From assembly GCA_963837455.1 (NCBI GenBank), contig CAWINM010000001.1, forward strand, positions 2,312,202 to 2,376,201: a stretch of DNA of 64,000 nucleotides, in the 5' to 3' direction. Of this stretch, positions 28,111-43,151 are shown piece by piece. The stretch's first letter is position 1. Every line of letters starts with the position of its first letter. Under the pieces are notes generated by a model. The model worked only from the letters and a program-made list of their open reading frames with translations. It did not search any database and was not told where the DNA came from. The position numbers were made by a program, and so were the translations under genes. The stretch is from Thermoanaerobaculia bacterium. Its GTDB lineage: Bacteria; Acidobacteriota; Thermoanaerobaculia; Multivoradales; JAIOJS01.

Positions 28111-28963
28111 ATGGCCTGGTTCCGCAAAGAGAGGAAGCCAAAGGCGGTGCGGCGCGGCCGCACCGGAAGCCCCATTCCCGAGGGGCTGTGGACCAAGTGC
28201 GAGGGGTGCAAGGAAGCGATCTTCAGCCGCGAGCTGGAGAAGAGCCTCCAGGTCTGTCCCAAGTGTGGCTACCACTTCCGGATCGACTCGGCAGCGCGCA
28301 TTCGCCTGTTGCTCGACGAGGAGAGCCCGCGCGAGCTGCTTGCCGCCCTGCGCCCGACCGATCCGCTCGGCTTCGTCGACTCCAAGCGCTACCGCGATCG
28401 GCTCAAGGTCTACCAGCAGGAGGTGGGAGTCAGGGACGCGGTGGTCGTCGTGGAGGGCCACCTCGATGGGCAGGAGGTGTTGCTGGCGGCGATGGAGTAC
28501 CGCTTCATGGGCGGCTCGATGGGGTCGGTGGTGGGAGAGAAGATCGCCCGCGCCGCCGAGATCGCCGCCGAGCGCCGCGTGCCGTTGCTGGTGGTGTCGG
28601 CCTCGGGCGGCGCGCGCATGCAGGAAGGCATCCTGTCGCTGATGCAGATGGCGAAGATCTCGGCCGCGCTGGCGCGCTTGCGCGCCCGGGCGCGTGCCGT
28701 ACATCTCCGTGCTCACCGATCCGACCACCGGCGGCGTCACCGCCTCCTTCGCCATGCTCGGCGACCTCAACATCGCCGAGCCCGGAGCCCTGATCGGTTT
28801 CGCCGGGCCGCGGGTCATCGAGCAGACCATCCGCCAGGAGCTGCCGGAGGGGTTCCAGCGCAGCGAGTTCCTGCTCGAGCACGGCTTTCTCGACATGGTG
28901 GTGCCGCGTCACGAGCTCAAGGCGACGCTGGCCCGCTGTCTGCGCCACCTGCACGCCGCCTAG
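28111..28963 (+). pseudogene. accD: Acetyl-CoA carboxylase carboxyltransferase subunit beta, one frameshift near 28690
   Basis: N-terminal zinc ribbon CEGCKEAIFSRELEKSLQVCPKCGYHFR. The carboxyltransferase domain runs through ORF 27943..28983 and then continues in ORF 28694..28963 ([23 protein letters not shown]...). Confidence 0.7.
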
Positions 28964-28985
28964 CCCTCGCCTCGTGGCGATGATC

Positions 28986-29003
28986 GGGAGGTAACATCCC
29001 TCC
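28986..29003 (+). terminator. Hairpin gggagg-taacat-ccctcc after accD
   Basis: Perfect 6-bp inverted repeat, 23 nt after the accD stop. Confidence 0.3.
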
Positions 29004-29052
29004 CCGGCTCGGGTGAACGCGCCGCTGCGCTCGGGCCGTCAGACGGTGTGCC

Positions 29053-30387
29053 ATGCGTTCCGCAGACGCCATCCTCGCCCGGCTCGAGCCGCTGGGCATG
29101 CGCCTCGACCTGGCGCCATTCCGGCGGCTGCTGTCGCTGCTCGGAGAGCCGCAGCGGGTGTTGCCGGCGGTGCTGGTGGCGGGGACCAACGGCAAGGGGT
29201 CGACGGCGGCGCTGCTCGCCGCCATCGGCTGCGCCGCCGGGTACCGCACCGGCCTCTACACCTCGCCTCACCTCGAAGAGCCGCGCGAGCGCATTCGCAT
29301 CGACGGCCTCTCTCTCGCAACTCTCGAGCTCGATCGGCTGCTGGAATCGGTGATCGTGGTGGCGGGCGACGCGCTGCCAACGCCCTTCGAAGCGTTGACC
29401 GCGGCGGCCTGCATGGCATTCGCAGAGGACGGCGTGGAGCTCGCGGTGCTCGAGGTTGGCCTCGGCGGCCGTCTCGACGCCACCAACGCCGTCGAGCCGC
29501 TGCTCTCGGTGGTGACGCCGATCGCCCTCGACCACCAGGCGCAGCTCGGCGGCACGTTGGCGGCGATCGCCGCCGAGAAGGCGGGCGTCTTCCGCCGCGA
29601 CCGCCCGGCGCTCGCCTGGGGCGGCGATGCGGAGTCGACGGCGGCGCTGCGGGCGGCAGCGGATGCCTGCGGTGCCGGGCTCAAGCTCGGCGTCGAGGCG
29701 GTCGAGATCGAGGGCGGGGGCGCCGACGGCGACGGTGGACAGCGTCTCGACCTGCGGACCGCGACCGCTGCCTACCGGCTGCGGCTGCCGCTCGCCGGCC
29801 GCCACCAGCAGCGCAATCTGGCGCTCGCCGTGCTGGCGGCGGAGCGTCTCGCGTCTCTGGGGCTTCCGCGCATCGACGGCGAGGCCATCGCCAGCGGGGT
29901 CGCCGGGTGCCGCTGGCCGGGGCGGCTCGAGGCGGTGGAGATGCCGTCGGGCCAGACCGTGCTGCTCGATGGCGCGCACAACCTGGCCGCCATCGCCGCG
30001 CTTGCCGAGCACCTCGGCGACCGCTACGGCGCCTGGGATCTCGTCTTCGGCACTCTTGCCGACAAGGACGCCGTGGGGATGGCCGCCCTGCTGGCGCCGC
30101 TGGCGCGACGGATCTTCCTCGCCCCTCCCGAGTCGCCGCGCGCGATGCCGCTCGCCGCGCTCGCGGCGGTGCCCGCGCTCGCCGCTGCCATGCCGACCTC
30201 GGGAGTGGGCCCGGCACTCGAGCGGGCGCTCGGTGACGGCGCCCCGGTGGTGGTGGCTGCCGGCTCTCTCTACCTCGTTGGCGAGGCGCGCCGCTGGCTG
30301 CAGCGGCGCCACGGAGTGCCGCCACCGGCGGCCGAGGTGCCGACCTGGGAGCGCGGCGCCGGCGACGCGGTCCGTGGCGGAGCGTGA
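29053..30387 (+). CDS. folC: Bifunctional folylpolyglutamate synthase / dihydrofolate synthase
   Basis: P-loop VAGTNGKGST and Mur-ligase-family motifs (VLEVGLGGRLDATN, LDGAHN). Confidence 0.85.
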   Translation: MRSADAILARLEPLGMRLDLAPFRRLLSLLGEPQRVLPAVLVAGTNGKGSTAALLAAIGCAAGYRTGLYTSPHLEEPRERIRIDGLSLATLELDRLLESVIVVAGDALPTPFEALTAAACMAFAEDGVELAVLEVGLGGRLDATNAVEPLLSVVTPIALDHQAQLGGTLAAIAAEKAGVFRRDRPALAWGGDAESTAALRAAADACGAGLKLGVEAVEIEGGGADGDGGQRLDLRTATAAYRLRLPLAGRHQQRNLALAVLAAERLASLGLPRIDGEAIASGVAGCRWPGRLEAVEMPSGQTVLLDGAHNLAAIAALAEHLGDRYGAWDLVFGTLADKDAVGMAALLAPLARRIFLAPPESPRAMPLAALAAVPALAAAMPTSGVGPALERALGDGAPVVVAAGSLYLVGEARRWLQRRHGVPPPAAEVPTWERGAGDAVRGGA

Positions 30388-30394
30388 CCGTCAC

Positions 30395-30450
30395 GGAGAG
30401 GCGCCGCGGGGGAGCGCATGCCTCGCGAGTTGTTCTGCGGCGCCTCTTCC
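30395..30450. terminator. Long imperfect inverted repeat (ggagaggcgccgc ... gcggcgcctcttcc) between convergent folC and glyA
   Basis: Arms of 13 to 14 nt at 30395-30407 and 30437-30450. A candidate bidirectional terminator. Confidence 0.35.
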
Positions 30451-30512
30451 GCGGTGCCGTTCGCCGGTGCGCGCCAGCGGAGCGTCGGGGAGATGCCGTC
30501 GCAGGCCCGCGG

Positions 30513-31776
30513 CTAGCTCAGGGGGTCGTAGAGCGGAAACTGCAGGCAGAGGCGGCGCACCTGGTCCGCTACCGCGGCACTGCTGTGCTCGCTCTCGGCA
30601 TCGGCGAGCGCCTCGGCGATGAGGTCGCCGATGCGGTCCATCTCCGCTCCACCCATGCCGCGGGTGGTGACGGCGGGGGTGCCGATGCGCACGCCGGAGG
30701 CCACCAGCGGCGGGTTGCGGTCGTAGGGGATGGTGTTCTTGTTGACAGTGATGCGAGCGCGCTCGAGCGCCTTCTCGGCGTCCTTGCCGGTCAGCCCGCG
30801 CGCCGCCACGTCGACGAGGAAGACGTGGTTGTCGGTGCCGCCGGAGACGATGCGGAAGCCGCGCCCGCCGAGGCGTGCGCCAGCGCGCTCGGCGTTGGCG
30901 ACGATCTGCCGCTGGTAGCTGCGCGAACTCCGGCGCCGCCGCCTCCTTGAAGGCCACCGCCTTGGCGGCGATGACGTGCATGAGCGGGCCGCCCTGGATG
31001 CCGGGGAAGACGGCGCGATCGAGGTCCTTGGCGTGCCGCTGCTTGCACAGGACCATGCCGCCGCGCGGGCCGCGCAGCGTCTTGTGCGTGGTGGTGGTGA
31101 CGAAGTCGGCGTGCGGCACCGGCGAGGGGTGGAGGCCGGCGGCCACCAGCCCGGCGATGTGGGCGATGTCGGCCATCAGCAGCGCGCCGACCTGCGTCGG
31201 CGATGGCGCGGAAGCGCGCGAAGTCGATCGTGCGCGGGTAGGCGCTGGCGCCGGCGACGATCAGCTTCGGCCGGTGCTCCCTGCGCGAGCGCCGCGATCG
31301 CGTCGTAGTCGATGCGCTCGCTGTCGCGATCGACGCCGTAGGCGACGACCTTGAAGAGCGTGCCGGAGAAGTTGAGCGGCGATGGCCGTGCGTGAGGTGC
31401 CCGCCGTGGGCGAGGTCCATCGCCAGCAGCGTGTCGCCGGGCTGCAGGCAGCGCGAAGTAGACCGCCATGTTGGCCTGCGCGCCCGAGTGCGGCTGCACG
31501 TTGGCGTGCTCGCGCGCCGAAGAGCGCCTTGGCGCGGTCGATCGCCAGCTGCTCGACGACGTCGACGAACTCGCAGCCGCCGTAGTAGCGCTTGCCCGGG
31601 TAGCCCTCGGCGTACTTGTTGGTGAGCACCGAGCCCATGCGCCTCGAGCACCGCCGCGGCTGACGTAGTTCTCCGAGGCGATCAGCTCGAGCCCGTCGTG
31701 CTGGCGGCTGGCGCTCGCGGGCGATGGTGTCCCAGATCTCCGGGTCGGCGGCCTCGAGGTTGCGGCTGTCGAGCAT
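30513..31776 (-). pseudogene. glyA: Serine hydroxymethyltransferase with at least 3 frameshifts
   Basis: ATG at 31776 ([15 protein letters not shown]...[20 protein letters not shown]). The domains continue in alternating frames: [16 protein letters not shown] in ORF 31176..31499, [14 protein letters not shown] in ORF 30391..31176 and the C-terminus in ORF 30513..30809. Confidence 0.75.
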
Positions 31777-31831
31777 CGGGGTCAGGGGTTCGGTGGGGCG
31801 GGTGCGCGCGTCGGCGGCAGGCCCGACGCGC

Positions 31832-32020
31832 TCAGTCTTGCGGCGCCTCCGGGGTGGGCTTGGCCTCCTCGCGCTTCCTTCCGCCGCTCTTCTTGGCGGC
31901 CGGCTTCTTGGCCGTCTTTGCCTTCTCCTGCGCCTCCGCCCGGGCGGCGCTGCGGCGGCGTTGCAGCCGCTTGGCACGGCGCTGGCGGCGCCGTTTCAGC
32001 TCGCGATCTTTCTCACGCAT
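31832..32020 (-). CDS. Small highly basic Lys/Arg-rich protein (62 aa)
   Basis: ATG at 32020, [23 protein letters not shown]...[15 protein letters not shown]. Confidence 0.45.
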   Translation of the reverse strand: MREKDRELKRRRQRRAKRLQRRRSAARAEAQEKAKTAKKPAAKKSGGRKREEAKPTPEAPQD

Positions 32021-32090
32021 GGTGCAACCTCTCGCATGTGGGGAGTGAATGCATGTCGGCGCGACAGCTTGTCGCAGCCCCGGTGCCAGG

Positions 32091-32832
32091 TCAAGGCGGC
32101 GGCGTTGTGGCCCCACCCTGGGCGCGCCAGCCCGGCACCCACGCTTCGATGCCGCTCTTGGGCCACTCTGTCTGCACGCCGAGGAGGTCAGCCAGCAGGC
32201 GCGGCACCCCGCGCAACTCGGGCTCCCCAGGCACGCGTTGGGAGCTCAAACCGCTGGCGGCAGCGATGAACAGCGCTGGATCGTGCTCCAGCGCGGAGCG
32301 GATGCCGTGATCCGACATCACCACCAGGACGTCGTTGGCATCGAGCGCCTGGTAGAGCTGGCGAAGGCGCAGGTCCATGTGAGCCTGGCTTGGCGATGCT
32401 GCGCACTGCCACCGCCGTGAAGGAGGGCACGCTCGAGAGGACGGCGCGCACGCCGTTGCCGGCGAGGGCATCGAAAGTCGGTAGGTCGCCACGGGCGCGT
32501 CCGAGGTCGACGAATCGCCAATTGGCGCAGTCCAGGATGACCACGAACAGCCGGTTGCCGCCGCTCGCCGGCCGCTGGTGAAGTGGCGCCATGGATGTCG
32601 AGCTGGAGGTCGCCAACGCACGCGCCACGACGGTGGCGACCGCGGTGCCGTCGGCACTCGGCCGTGCAGCTCCCGATCCGCGAAGATGACCGTCGCCGTC
32701 GCGCAGCACCCAGTGCAAGGGCCAGGTGTCGGTAGGGCGTGCGACCACCACTCGTCCCGAGGGCGGAACCGGCAGGCTGAGGTAGGGCATGTCGTGCGGG
32801 GCTGCCGGCGGAGGCGAGACGAGCAGACGCAT
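32091..32832 (-). pseudogene. Alkaline-phosphatase-superfamily protein (nucleotide pyrophosphatase/phosphodiesterase-like), frameshifted
   Basis: RLFVVILDCANWRF...SSVPSFTAVA is in ORF 32188..32985 and VVMSDHGIRS in ORF 32091..32657. The start is approximate. Confidence 0.5.
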
Positions 32833-33058
32833 CCCGGGTTGCGGCGAGGTGACGCGGAGTCTCGATCGCGCCCGCACGAGCCGTAGCCAGCTCTGCCGCG
32901 CTTCCTCGCTCTTGCGCCGAGTGCAGGAAGCTAGTCGGCCGGTGCCCGCCGACAACCGGCGGCGAGCAACGCCGCGGCGAGCCACCAGCCGACGTGCAAG
33001 GAGCGGAGCCGGCAGGACCGAGCTCGACTCGCGTGGCGCGTCCTGCCAGTCCGGGCAG

Positions 33059-34628
<1,570 letters not shown>

Positions 34629-34754
34629 CGTGCGCGCCCCTCCGGTGTGGGGGCGAAGGATACCGCAGCGGGCGCGACGGTACGGTGGGGTGGCGCTCGC
34701 GCTCGCCGCGCCTTGGCACGGCGCGCACAGCGTTGCGAGCCGTACAATCCGCGG

Positions 34755-36068
34755 ATGCCGTTTGGCGAGCTCGACCGCCCTGCCCTCGCCCGGGCGCTGG
34801 CGCAGCTCGCCGAGGGGCCCGAGGACCTCGTCGACGCCCTTCTCGAGCGCGTCGAGGTAGTCGAGCTGCCACCCGCCGGCGAGCCTGCCGGCGTCCGTCT
34901 CTGGCGCGAGGAGGGCCTGGCGGTGCGCCTCTGTCGCGGCGAGCGCAGCTGGCTCGCCAGCCGCGACCGCCTCGATCGCGACGCCTTCGTCGATGCCCTG
35001 CGGCAGGTGGCGCGGGTCCATCCGCGGGCGGTGCCGCCCCCACCGGCGGTGCTGATCGCGCCCTGGGGACCGCTCCCTGGCAGTGCCGAGCTCGAGGCTT
35101 TCCCGCGGCTGCTCGACCGCGCCTTGCGCGACAGGCGGGTGGCGTTCCCCTACCGCCTCGGCTTGCGCCGGCATCACCGAGACCTGCAGGTGGCGACTCC
35201 ACATCTGGCCCCGGCTCCCGAGCGCGAGAGGTACTACAGCTTTCGCGTCGAGCTGCCCTGGGGGAGTGTCGGCGGGCTGCTGCCCGAGCTCGACGACGAG
35301 GCGGCGGAGGGGCTCGCCGGCCGTCTGGCCGACGGCTTCCGGGCGCGCGAGGCGGCACCTCCATCACCCGGTGTCACCACCGTGCTCCTGGCGCCGGCGG
35401 CGGCGGCCACCCTGTTGCACGAGGCGGTCGCCCACGCACTCGAGGCCGACACCCTCGCCGCTGCCGGCGCGCCGGAATCGGCGCACGGGGTGCGGCTGTC
35501 GCCGGCCGCCCTCGACGTGCTCGACGACCCCGGCGGTGCGCCACGTCCGGTGCGACGCCGCACCGATGACGAGGGGACGCCGGTGTTGCCGCGTTGGCTA
35601 CTGCGCGGTGGTGTCGTCGACCAGCCGCTCGCCGACCAGCGCTGGGCGCGCCGCCTGCCGGGCCTGCAGCCGGGCGCGGGGAGACGCGATAGTCGGCACC
35701 GGCTGCCGGCACCGCGCTCCACGTACCTGCGCCTTCTCCCTGGCGAGGCGTCGCTCGAGGAGCTGCTGGCTCGTGCCGGCGATGGGCTCTACCTGGTGGA
35801 GCCCCGGCGGGGCCGGCTCGACGTGGCCAAGGGCACCTTCGCCCTCGGCTTCGCGCATGGGCGTCGGATTGCGGCCGGCGCCCTGCACGAGCCGGTGGGG
35901 CCCTGTACCCTGCGGGGCCGCATCGTCGACCTGCTCGCCGGTGTCGAGGGGGTGGGCAGCCGGGCGGTGGCCGCTGGTGCCGGCTGGTGTGCCAAGGGGG
36001 GGCAGCGGCTGCCGGTGTGGGCGGCCGTGCCCGAGCTGTTGCTCGCGGGGGTCGAGGTGGAGTCCTGA
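34755..36068 (+). CDS. tldD: TldD-family metalloprotease (peptidase U62)
   Basis: HEAVAH (HExxxH) motif, the right length and the canonical adjacent tldD/pmbA pair. Confidence 0.75.
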   Translation: MPFGELDRPALARALAQLAEGPEDLVDALLERVEVVELPPAGEPAGVRLWREEGLAVRLCRGERSWLASRDRLDRDAFVDALRQVARVHPRAVPPPPAVLIAPWGPLPGSAELEAFPRLLDRALRDRRVAFPYRLGLRRHHRDLQVATPHLAPAPERERYYSFRVELPWGSVGGLLPELDDEAAEGLAGRLADGFRAREAAPPSPGVTTVLLAPAAAATLLHEAVAHALEADTLAAAGAPESAHGVRLSPAALDVLDDPGGAPRPVRRRTDDEGTPVLPRWLLRGGVVDQPLADQRWARRLPGLQPGAGRRDSRHRLPAPRSTYLRLLPGEASLEELLARAGDGLYLVEPRRGRLDVAKGTFALGFAHGRRIAAGALHEPVGPCTLRGRIVDLLAGVEGVGSRAVAAGAGWCAKGGQRLPVWAAVPELLLAGVEVES

Positions 36069-36093
36069 GGGGGTCTCCCGGGGTGCGGGGGGC

Positions 36094-37395
36094 ATGACGG
36101 AGCACACGGAAGTCGTGCTCGAGGCGTTGCGGGAAGCCGGGCTGTCCGAGGCCGAGGTGTATATCAAGGAGGGGCGCAGCCGCCGCCTTGCCCTCGGTCT
36201 CGCCGGTCCCGAGCACCAGGTAGTGGTCGAGGAGGGCTGGGCGGTGCGCGCCGGCGATCGGCGCGCCGGCTTCTTCGTGGCGGGCACCGGCAAGCCTGCG
36301 CCAGAGGGGCCCTGGCCGGAGCCCCAGGGCTTTCCAGCACCCTTGCCGGGAGCCGCGCCGGTGCTGCGCTGGACGGAGCCGACGGATCTCGGCACCCCGC
36401 TGGTCTCGGAGCTCGAGGCCCAGGCGCTGCTCCACGCCATCGACGAGGCGCTCGCCGCCGAGCTGCCGGGGGCGCGGCTCGCCGAGGCCGTGCTCGAAGA
36501 CGGCTCGAGCGCCTCGACGCTGGCGAGCTCCCACGGTGTGCGCGCCCGCTGGCGTCAGCGGGTGGCGCGGGTCCGGCTGGTGGCGACCCTGCCCGACGCC
36601 GGGGTGAGGGCGACGCTCGAGCAGGGCGCCCGCGAGGCCCGGCGGCTGCAGCCGAGGAGCCTGGCGCGGGCCCTTGCCGATCGACTGGCGGTGCGGGCCC
36701 GGGGCGCGGTCGCCGACCGCGAGGTCGGTGACGTGGTGCTCGCCCCGGCAACGGCGGCGCGGTTGCTCGCCGGGCTCCTGCCGCTGCTCGTCGGGCCGGA
36801 GGGGCGGCAGCTGGTGATGCCGCTGCTCGCCGAGGGCGGGCGGCTGGGCTCGACGCTGCTGTCGGTGGTCGACGACGGCCGACTGCCCGGCGGGCTCCTG
36901 GCCAGCGCGGTCGACGGAGAGGGGGTGCCGACGCGTGCCGTGCCCTTGATCGAGGCTGGCCTCTACCGGCAGCCCCTGCTCGCCTGGTGGCAGGCCCGGG
37001 GCAGCGGCGCGGTGGCGAGCGGCTGCAGCCTGCGGTCGAGCTTCCGCGACCTGCCGCGCCCGGGCCCGACCCACCTGTTCGTGCGCCCGCAGGAAGGGGT
37101 GCGGCCGGCGGCGCTGGTGGCGGCGCTCACCAGCGGCTGTTACCTTCTCGACGCCGATGGCGCCGGCAGCTTCGACCTCGCCGCCGATCGCTTCGCCCTC
37201 CCCGTGTGCGGCTTCCACCTTGCCGCCGGTGCCGCGCGCCGGCCACTCGCCGCCGCCTGGCTGTGCGGCGCGATCAGCAGCCTGCTGCAGGGCATCAAGG
37301 GCGTGGCGCGCGACCTCGCCTTCCTTCCCCTCACCGGCATGATCGGCAGCCCGACGCTGCGGGTGGCGGGGCTCGAGGTGCGCGGGCAGCTCTAA
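36094..37395 (+). CDS. pmbA: PmbA/TldE-family protein (peptidase U62 partner)
   Basis: ATG at 36094. Paralogous U62 fold without HExxxH and a glycine-rich C-terminus. Confidence 0.7.
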   Translation: MTEHTEVVLEALREAGLSEAEVYIKEGRSRRLALGLAGPEHQVVVEEGWAVRAGDRRAGFFVAGTGKPAPEGPWPEPQGFPAPLPGAAPVLRWTEPTDLGTPLVSELEAQALLHAIDEALAAELPGARLAEAVLEDGSSASTLASSHGVRARWRQRVARVRLVATLPDAGVRATLEQGAREARRLQPRSLARALADRLAVRARGAVADREVGDVVLAPATAARLLAGLLPLLVGPEGRQLVMPLLAEGGRLGSTLLSVVDDGRLPGGLLASAVDGEGVPTRAVPLIEAGLYRQPLLAWWQARGSGAVASGCSLRSSFRDLPRPGPTHLFVRPQEGVRPAALVAALTSGCYLLDADGAGSFDLAADRFALPVCGFHLAAGAARRPLAAAWLCGAISSLLQGIKGVARDLAFLPLTGMIGSPTLRVAGLEVRGQL

Positions 37396-37462
37396 GGTCC
37401 CGCCGTGGCACAATGCGCGCCCGGTAGCGACCCCTCTCACCCCGGCCACGGGAGCGACCCCC

Positions 37463-38536
<1,074 letters not shown>

Positions 38537-38549
38537 GCGGCCTGCGGCC

Positions 38550-39506
38550 TCAGCCCACCATCTCGTCGATGTGCTGGCTGATCTGGCCGCTGCTGCGTAC
38601 GCCGGGCACGTAAATGCCCGCTGGCGGCGGCGGCGCCGGCGGCTCCTCCTCGTCCATCTCCTGTTGCTGCTGCTCCTGCTGCAGCTCGAGCTGCTGGCGC
38701 AGCAGGTCGGTGTAGCTCGGATTGTCGTTGGCCTGGACGCGCCCGCGGCTGTTGCGCGCCGTGCCGGTCACGCTGCCGGTCTGGCTACCGGCCGGGAGGT
38801 CCTGCGGGCGCAGGACGCGCGGGGCCGCCGGCGGTGGCGCCGCTGGCGAGCGCGAGCCAGCGGCCGAAGGAACGGCGGTGATCGTCTCGCTGGCGGTCGG
38901 CGTCGCGGTGGGCACAGCAGCCGGCGGTGGCTGCGGCAGCAGCAGCTTGGCAATGTGCCGCGGATCCTCGTAGGCCCGCGGCGCCTCCATCCCCTGCGGT
39001 CGTTCGTGCTCGGCGAGCAGCAGCGCCTGGGTGGTGAGCTTGCTCTCGATCACCTGCGGGTTGACGTCGCCGAAGGAGAGGCGTGGGTCGAGGACGAAGG
39101 CCCGCGCATAGGCGCGCACGGCGGCATCTCGAGAGCCGCGCGCCTCGTACATCGAGCCGAGTTGGAACCACCCCCAGGCGTCGGTGGGCATCAGCTCGAC
39201 GACCTGGCGGAAATGATCCATCGCCGGCCGCTCCTCGCCGGCCTGGCGCAGGAGCAACCCGAGGTTGTAGTGGGCGCTGAGCAGCTTGGGGTCGATCTCG
39301 AGCGCATTCTCGTAGGCCTGGCGGGCGTCGTCGGTGCGGCCGGCGAGCTGCCGGAGGTTGCCGAGGTCGTTCCAGGCCTCGGCGGTCGGCTGTCGTTGCA
39401 CGAGCTGCGTCTGCGCGGCGAGCGCGCGCTCGATGCTCGGGGGCGCCACGGCCGCGGCGGCGATGGCGACGAGGACGATGACGGGGATGATCAGGAGCTT
39501 GCGCAA
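38550..39506 (-). CDS. Secreted TPR-repeat protein
   Basis: Signal peptide MRKLLIIPVIVLVAIAAAAVA, four TPR-like repeats and a Gln/Glu-rich C-terminus. Confidence 0.7.
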   Translation of the reverse strand: MRKLLIIPVIVLVAIAAAAVAPPSIERALAAQTQLVQRQPTAEAWNDLGNLRQLAGRTDDARQAYENALEIDPKLLSAHYNLGLLLRQAGEERPAMDHFRQVVELMPTDAWGWFQLGSMYEARGSRDAAVRAYARAFVLDPRLSFGDVNPQVIESKLTTQALLLAEHERPQGMEAPRAYEDPRHIAKLLLPQPPPAAVPTATPTASETITAVPSAAGSRSPAAPPPAAPRVLRPQDLPAGSQTGSVTGTARNSRGRVQANDNPSYTDLLRQQLELQQEQQQQEMDEEEPPAPPPPAGIYVPGVRSSGQISQHIDEMVG

Positions 39507-39515
39507 GCGGGTTCC

Positions 39516-40241
39516 TCACGATCCGCCGCCGGCAGCAGCGCCGACGGGCTTGGCCTTGAGCTTTACCTTCCCCTCCTCCGTCACCACCCGGAACTGCACG
39601 GCTGTACAGCCGGTCTTGTCGCGGATCTGGGACACCTGACGCTGCAGGTAGGTGCGGAAGGTGTCGAGATCCATGGTGGCGCCGCGCGGGTTGCGGTGCA
39701 CGAGACCCTGGAACAGGGCCTCGACGGCGTCGGGCTCGAGCTTGCTCCCCACGACGACACCGGCGTCCACGTCGTGGCCGGGCGCCTGCCGCGCCGTGGG
39801 GCGCACCGCGACCTTGCCCTCCTCGCGGGCGCGCAGGCGGCGGGAGAACATCTCGGAGTAGCTGTTGAACTGAGCCTCGAGCGAGCCGAAGCGGAAGCTG
39901 TCGACGGTGCGCCGCAGGTTCACTCCCCGCAGGCGCCGCAGCTCGGCCTCGATCTCGTCGCGAAGGGGGGTCGGGGGTAGCGGCAGGTCACCGGCGAAGT
40001 AGCGGTTGAAGTCGACCTTGAGCTGCTGGATGCGACGATCGAGGCGATCGAAACGTGGCTCGAGGTCCTCCTCGATGCCGCGCTGTGCCTGCGGTTGCTG
40101 GGCGGCGCCTGGCCGCGCAGGCGGCGCGCCGCGACCCGCCGCAGGAGAGACCAGTGGCCGCGACGGCAGCGGCCTGCCGGTGGGGCCGTTCCCCCCGGGA
40201 GGGCGGGGGCGGCCGGCGGGAGAACGGGGCGGCGGGCTCAT
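39516..40241 (-). CDS. Hypothetical protein with a Pro/Arg-rich N-terminus and a conserved C-terminal domain
   Basis: ORF with normal codon bias, 10 nt from the TPR gene, co-directional. Confidence 0.5.
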   Translation of the reverse strand: MSPPPRSPAGRPRPPGGNGPTGRPLPSRPLVSPAAGRGAPPARPGAAQQPQAQRGIEEDLEPRFDRLDRRIQQLKVDFNRYFAGDLPLPPTPLRDEIEAELRRLRGVNLRRTVDSFRFGSLEAQFNSYSEMFSRRLRAREEGKVAVRPTARQAPGHDVDAGVVVGSKLEPDAVEALFQGLVHRNPRGATMDLDTFRTYLQRQVSQIRDKTGCTAVQFRVVTEEGKVKLKAKPVGAAAGGGS

Positions 40242-40312
40242 CGTTGGCTGGTTCGGTCACTCCGGCGCAGAGCCAGGGCAGGCCCCGCTCCGCTAGAATC
40301 CCCGGCTACGCC

Positions 40313-43048
<2,736 letters not shown>

Positions 43049-43151
43049 GGGGGTTCCCACAGGCACCGCGGGCGCCCGCTCGAGGCGGCAGGGCACCCGC
43101 GGGAGCCTCGAGAGCCGTCCGCTCGCGCCGAGCGCTCCGACCGCAGCGCGC

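Noticed and set aside
30513-31776. Programmed ribosomal frameshifting or recoding as the explanation for the split genes (glyA, accD, ychF, selA ...)
   Set aside because: There are too many events, at non-conserved positions, with no slippery heptamers, and they fall in housekeeping genes that are never recoded. Sequencing or assembly indels, or less likely decay, explain them better.
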